64,000 nt of DNA, taken from positions 1 through 64,000 of the IMG/VR virus record IMGVR_UViG_3300029288_003882; one strand, written 5' to 3'. Within the stretch, counting starts at the first letter, position 1; every line of letters starts with the position of its first letter. Positions 63,527 through 64,000 of the stretch are shown piece after piece. The stretch comes from a virus. Its lineage: Duplodnaviria > Caudoviricetes. The notes below the pieces were generated by a model that was given only the letters and a program-made list of their open reading frames with translations, was not told the origin of the DNA and did no database searches. The translations under genes were made by a program, and so were the position numbers.

Positions 63527-64000
63527 TTATCCTTTTACTTCATGCGCCTCTATGTCTATTACCTTTTTTTTCCTTTGCATCTTTTCTCTAACTTGCGCCA
63601 CTAAATCTATCTTGATGTTGACGTTAACACCAGGCGTTTTGCCATCCTTACCGCCCACGTTCAACACCTTTTCGCCTGATTCTTGTATCTTGATGATCTT
63701 CTCTATAACGTTAGCAACTTGTTGTTTATCTTTGGCGGTTAGTTGTGTTTCTTCTTGCGTTATGTCGCCCTTATACGTTGCGACCGTGAACGTTCTTCCT
63801 TCATCGACCTCCTTCGATATTAATTTCTTTAAGTCTTGCATTGCTTCTTGGCGGATGTTAATGCCTTGTTCTTCGAATTCTTTATACTTAGCAATAAGAT
63901 GCTCTTGACGGGCAGCCACCAATGCCTTCAAACGATCTGGCGGGAGGCTTTCAAGAAAACGTTTAACGTGACCGGAATTTATTTGCCCACCTACTGGCAT
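63527..64000 (-). CDS. helical hypothetical protein, possible terminase small subunit
   Basis: Helical core and VNVNIKID tail reminiscent of TerS; start coincides with window edge so may be truncated. Confidence 0.4.
   Translation of the reverse strand: MPVGGQINSGHVKRFLESLPPDRLKALVAARQEHLIAKYKEFEEQGINIRQEAMQDLKKLISKEVDEGRTFTVATYKGDITQEETQLTAKDKQQVANVIEKIIKIQESGEKVLNVGGKDGKTPGVNVNIKIDLVAQVREKMQRKKKVIDIEAHEVKG

Noticed and set aside
1-64000. CRISPR array or mini-array
   Set aside because: No equally spaced 25-45 bp direct repeats with unique spacers; the repeats found are coding repeats or dispersed promoters.
1-64000. Terminal repeats or stop-codon reassignment
   Set aside because: Window ends share no similarity and both cut through genes; long conserved genes are intact under the standard code with all three stops used.

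Overview
A 64-kb slice of a large head-tailed archaeal virus genome (Caudoviricetes, HK97-type capsid, long non-contractile tail). Archaeal host is inferred from GGTGA/GGAGG Shine-Dalgarno motifs, TATA-box promoters, an archaeal-type replisome and a stand-alone Lrp/AsnC domain. 1-14.6 kb (+): replication and repair operon (glycosyltransferase, DNA MTase, fused PriS-PriL primase, ERCC4/XPF nuclease, RFC small, PCNA, PolB, RFC large, Mre11, Rad50). 14.6-53 kb (mostly -): morphogenesis genes (hub, Dit-like, tape measure, frameshifted chaperone, tail tube, connectors, capsid, protease/scaffold, portal-MuF, TerL), interrupted by two glycosylation clusters, a solo tnpB element and a + strand early-gene island. 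53-64 kb: two more early islands, a microprotein-rich operon, DUF3310, an asparagine-synthetase-like gene and a tyrosine recombinase. Signals not explained by gene annotation: a shared acidic [DE]..[DE]L[FW] C-terminal tail on six replication-operon proteins, 12 exact copies of the palindrome GGTGATCACC, three conserved early and three conserved late promoters (one inside the protease gene, ahead of a nested scaffold start), and an atypical PolB active site. All family calls are by motif recognition by eye, with no database search. Several small ORFs missing from the supplied track were translated by hand.
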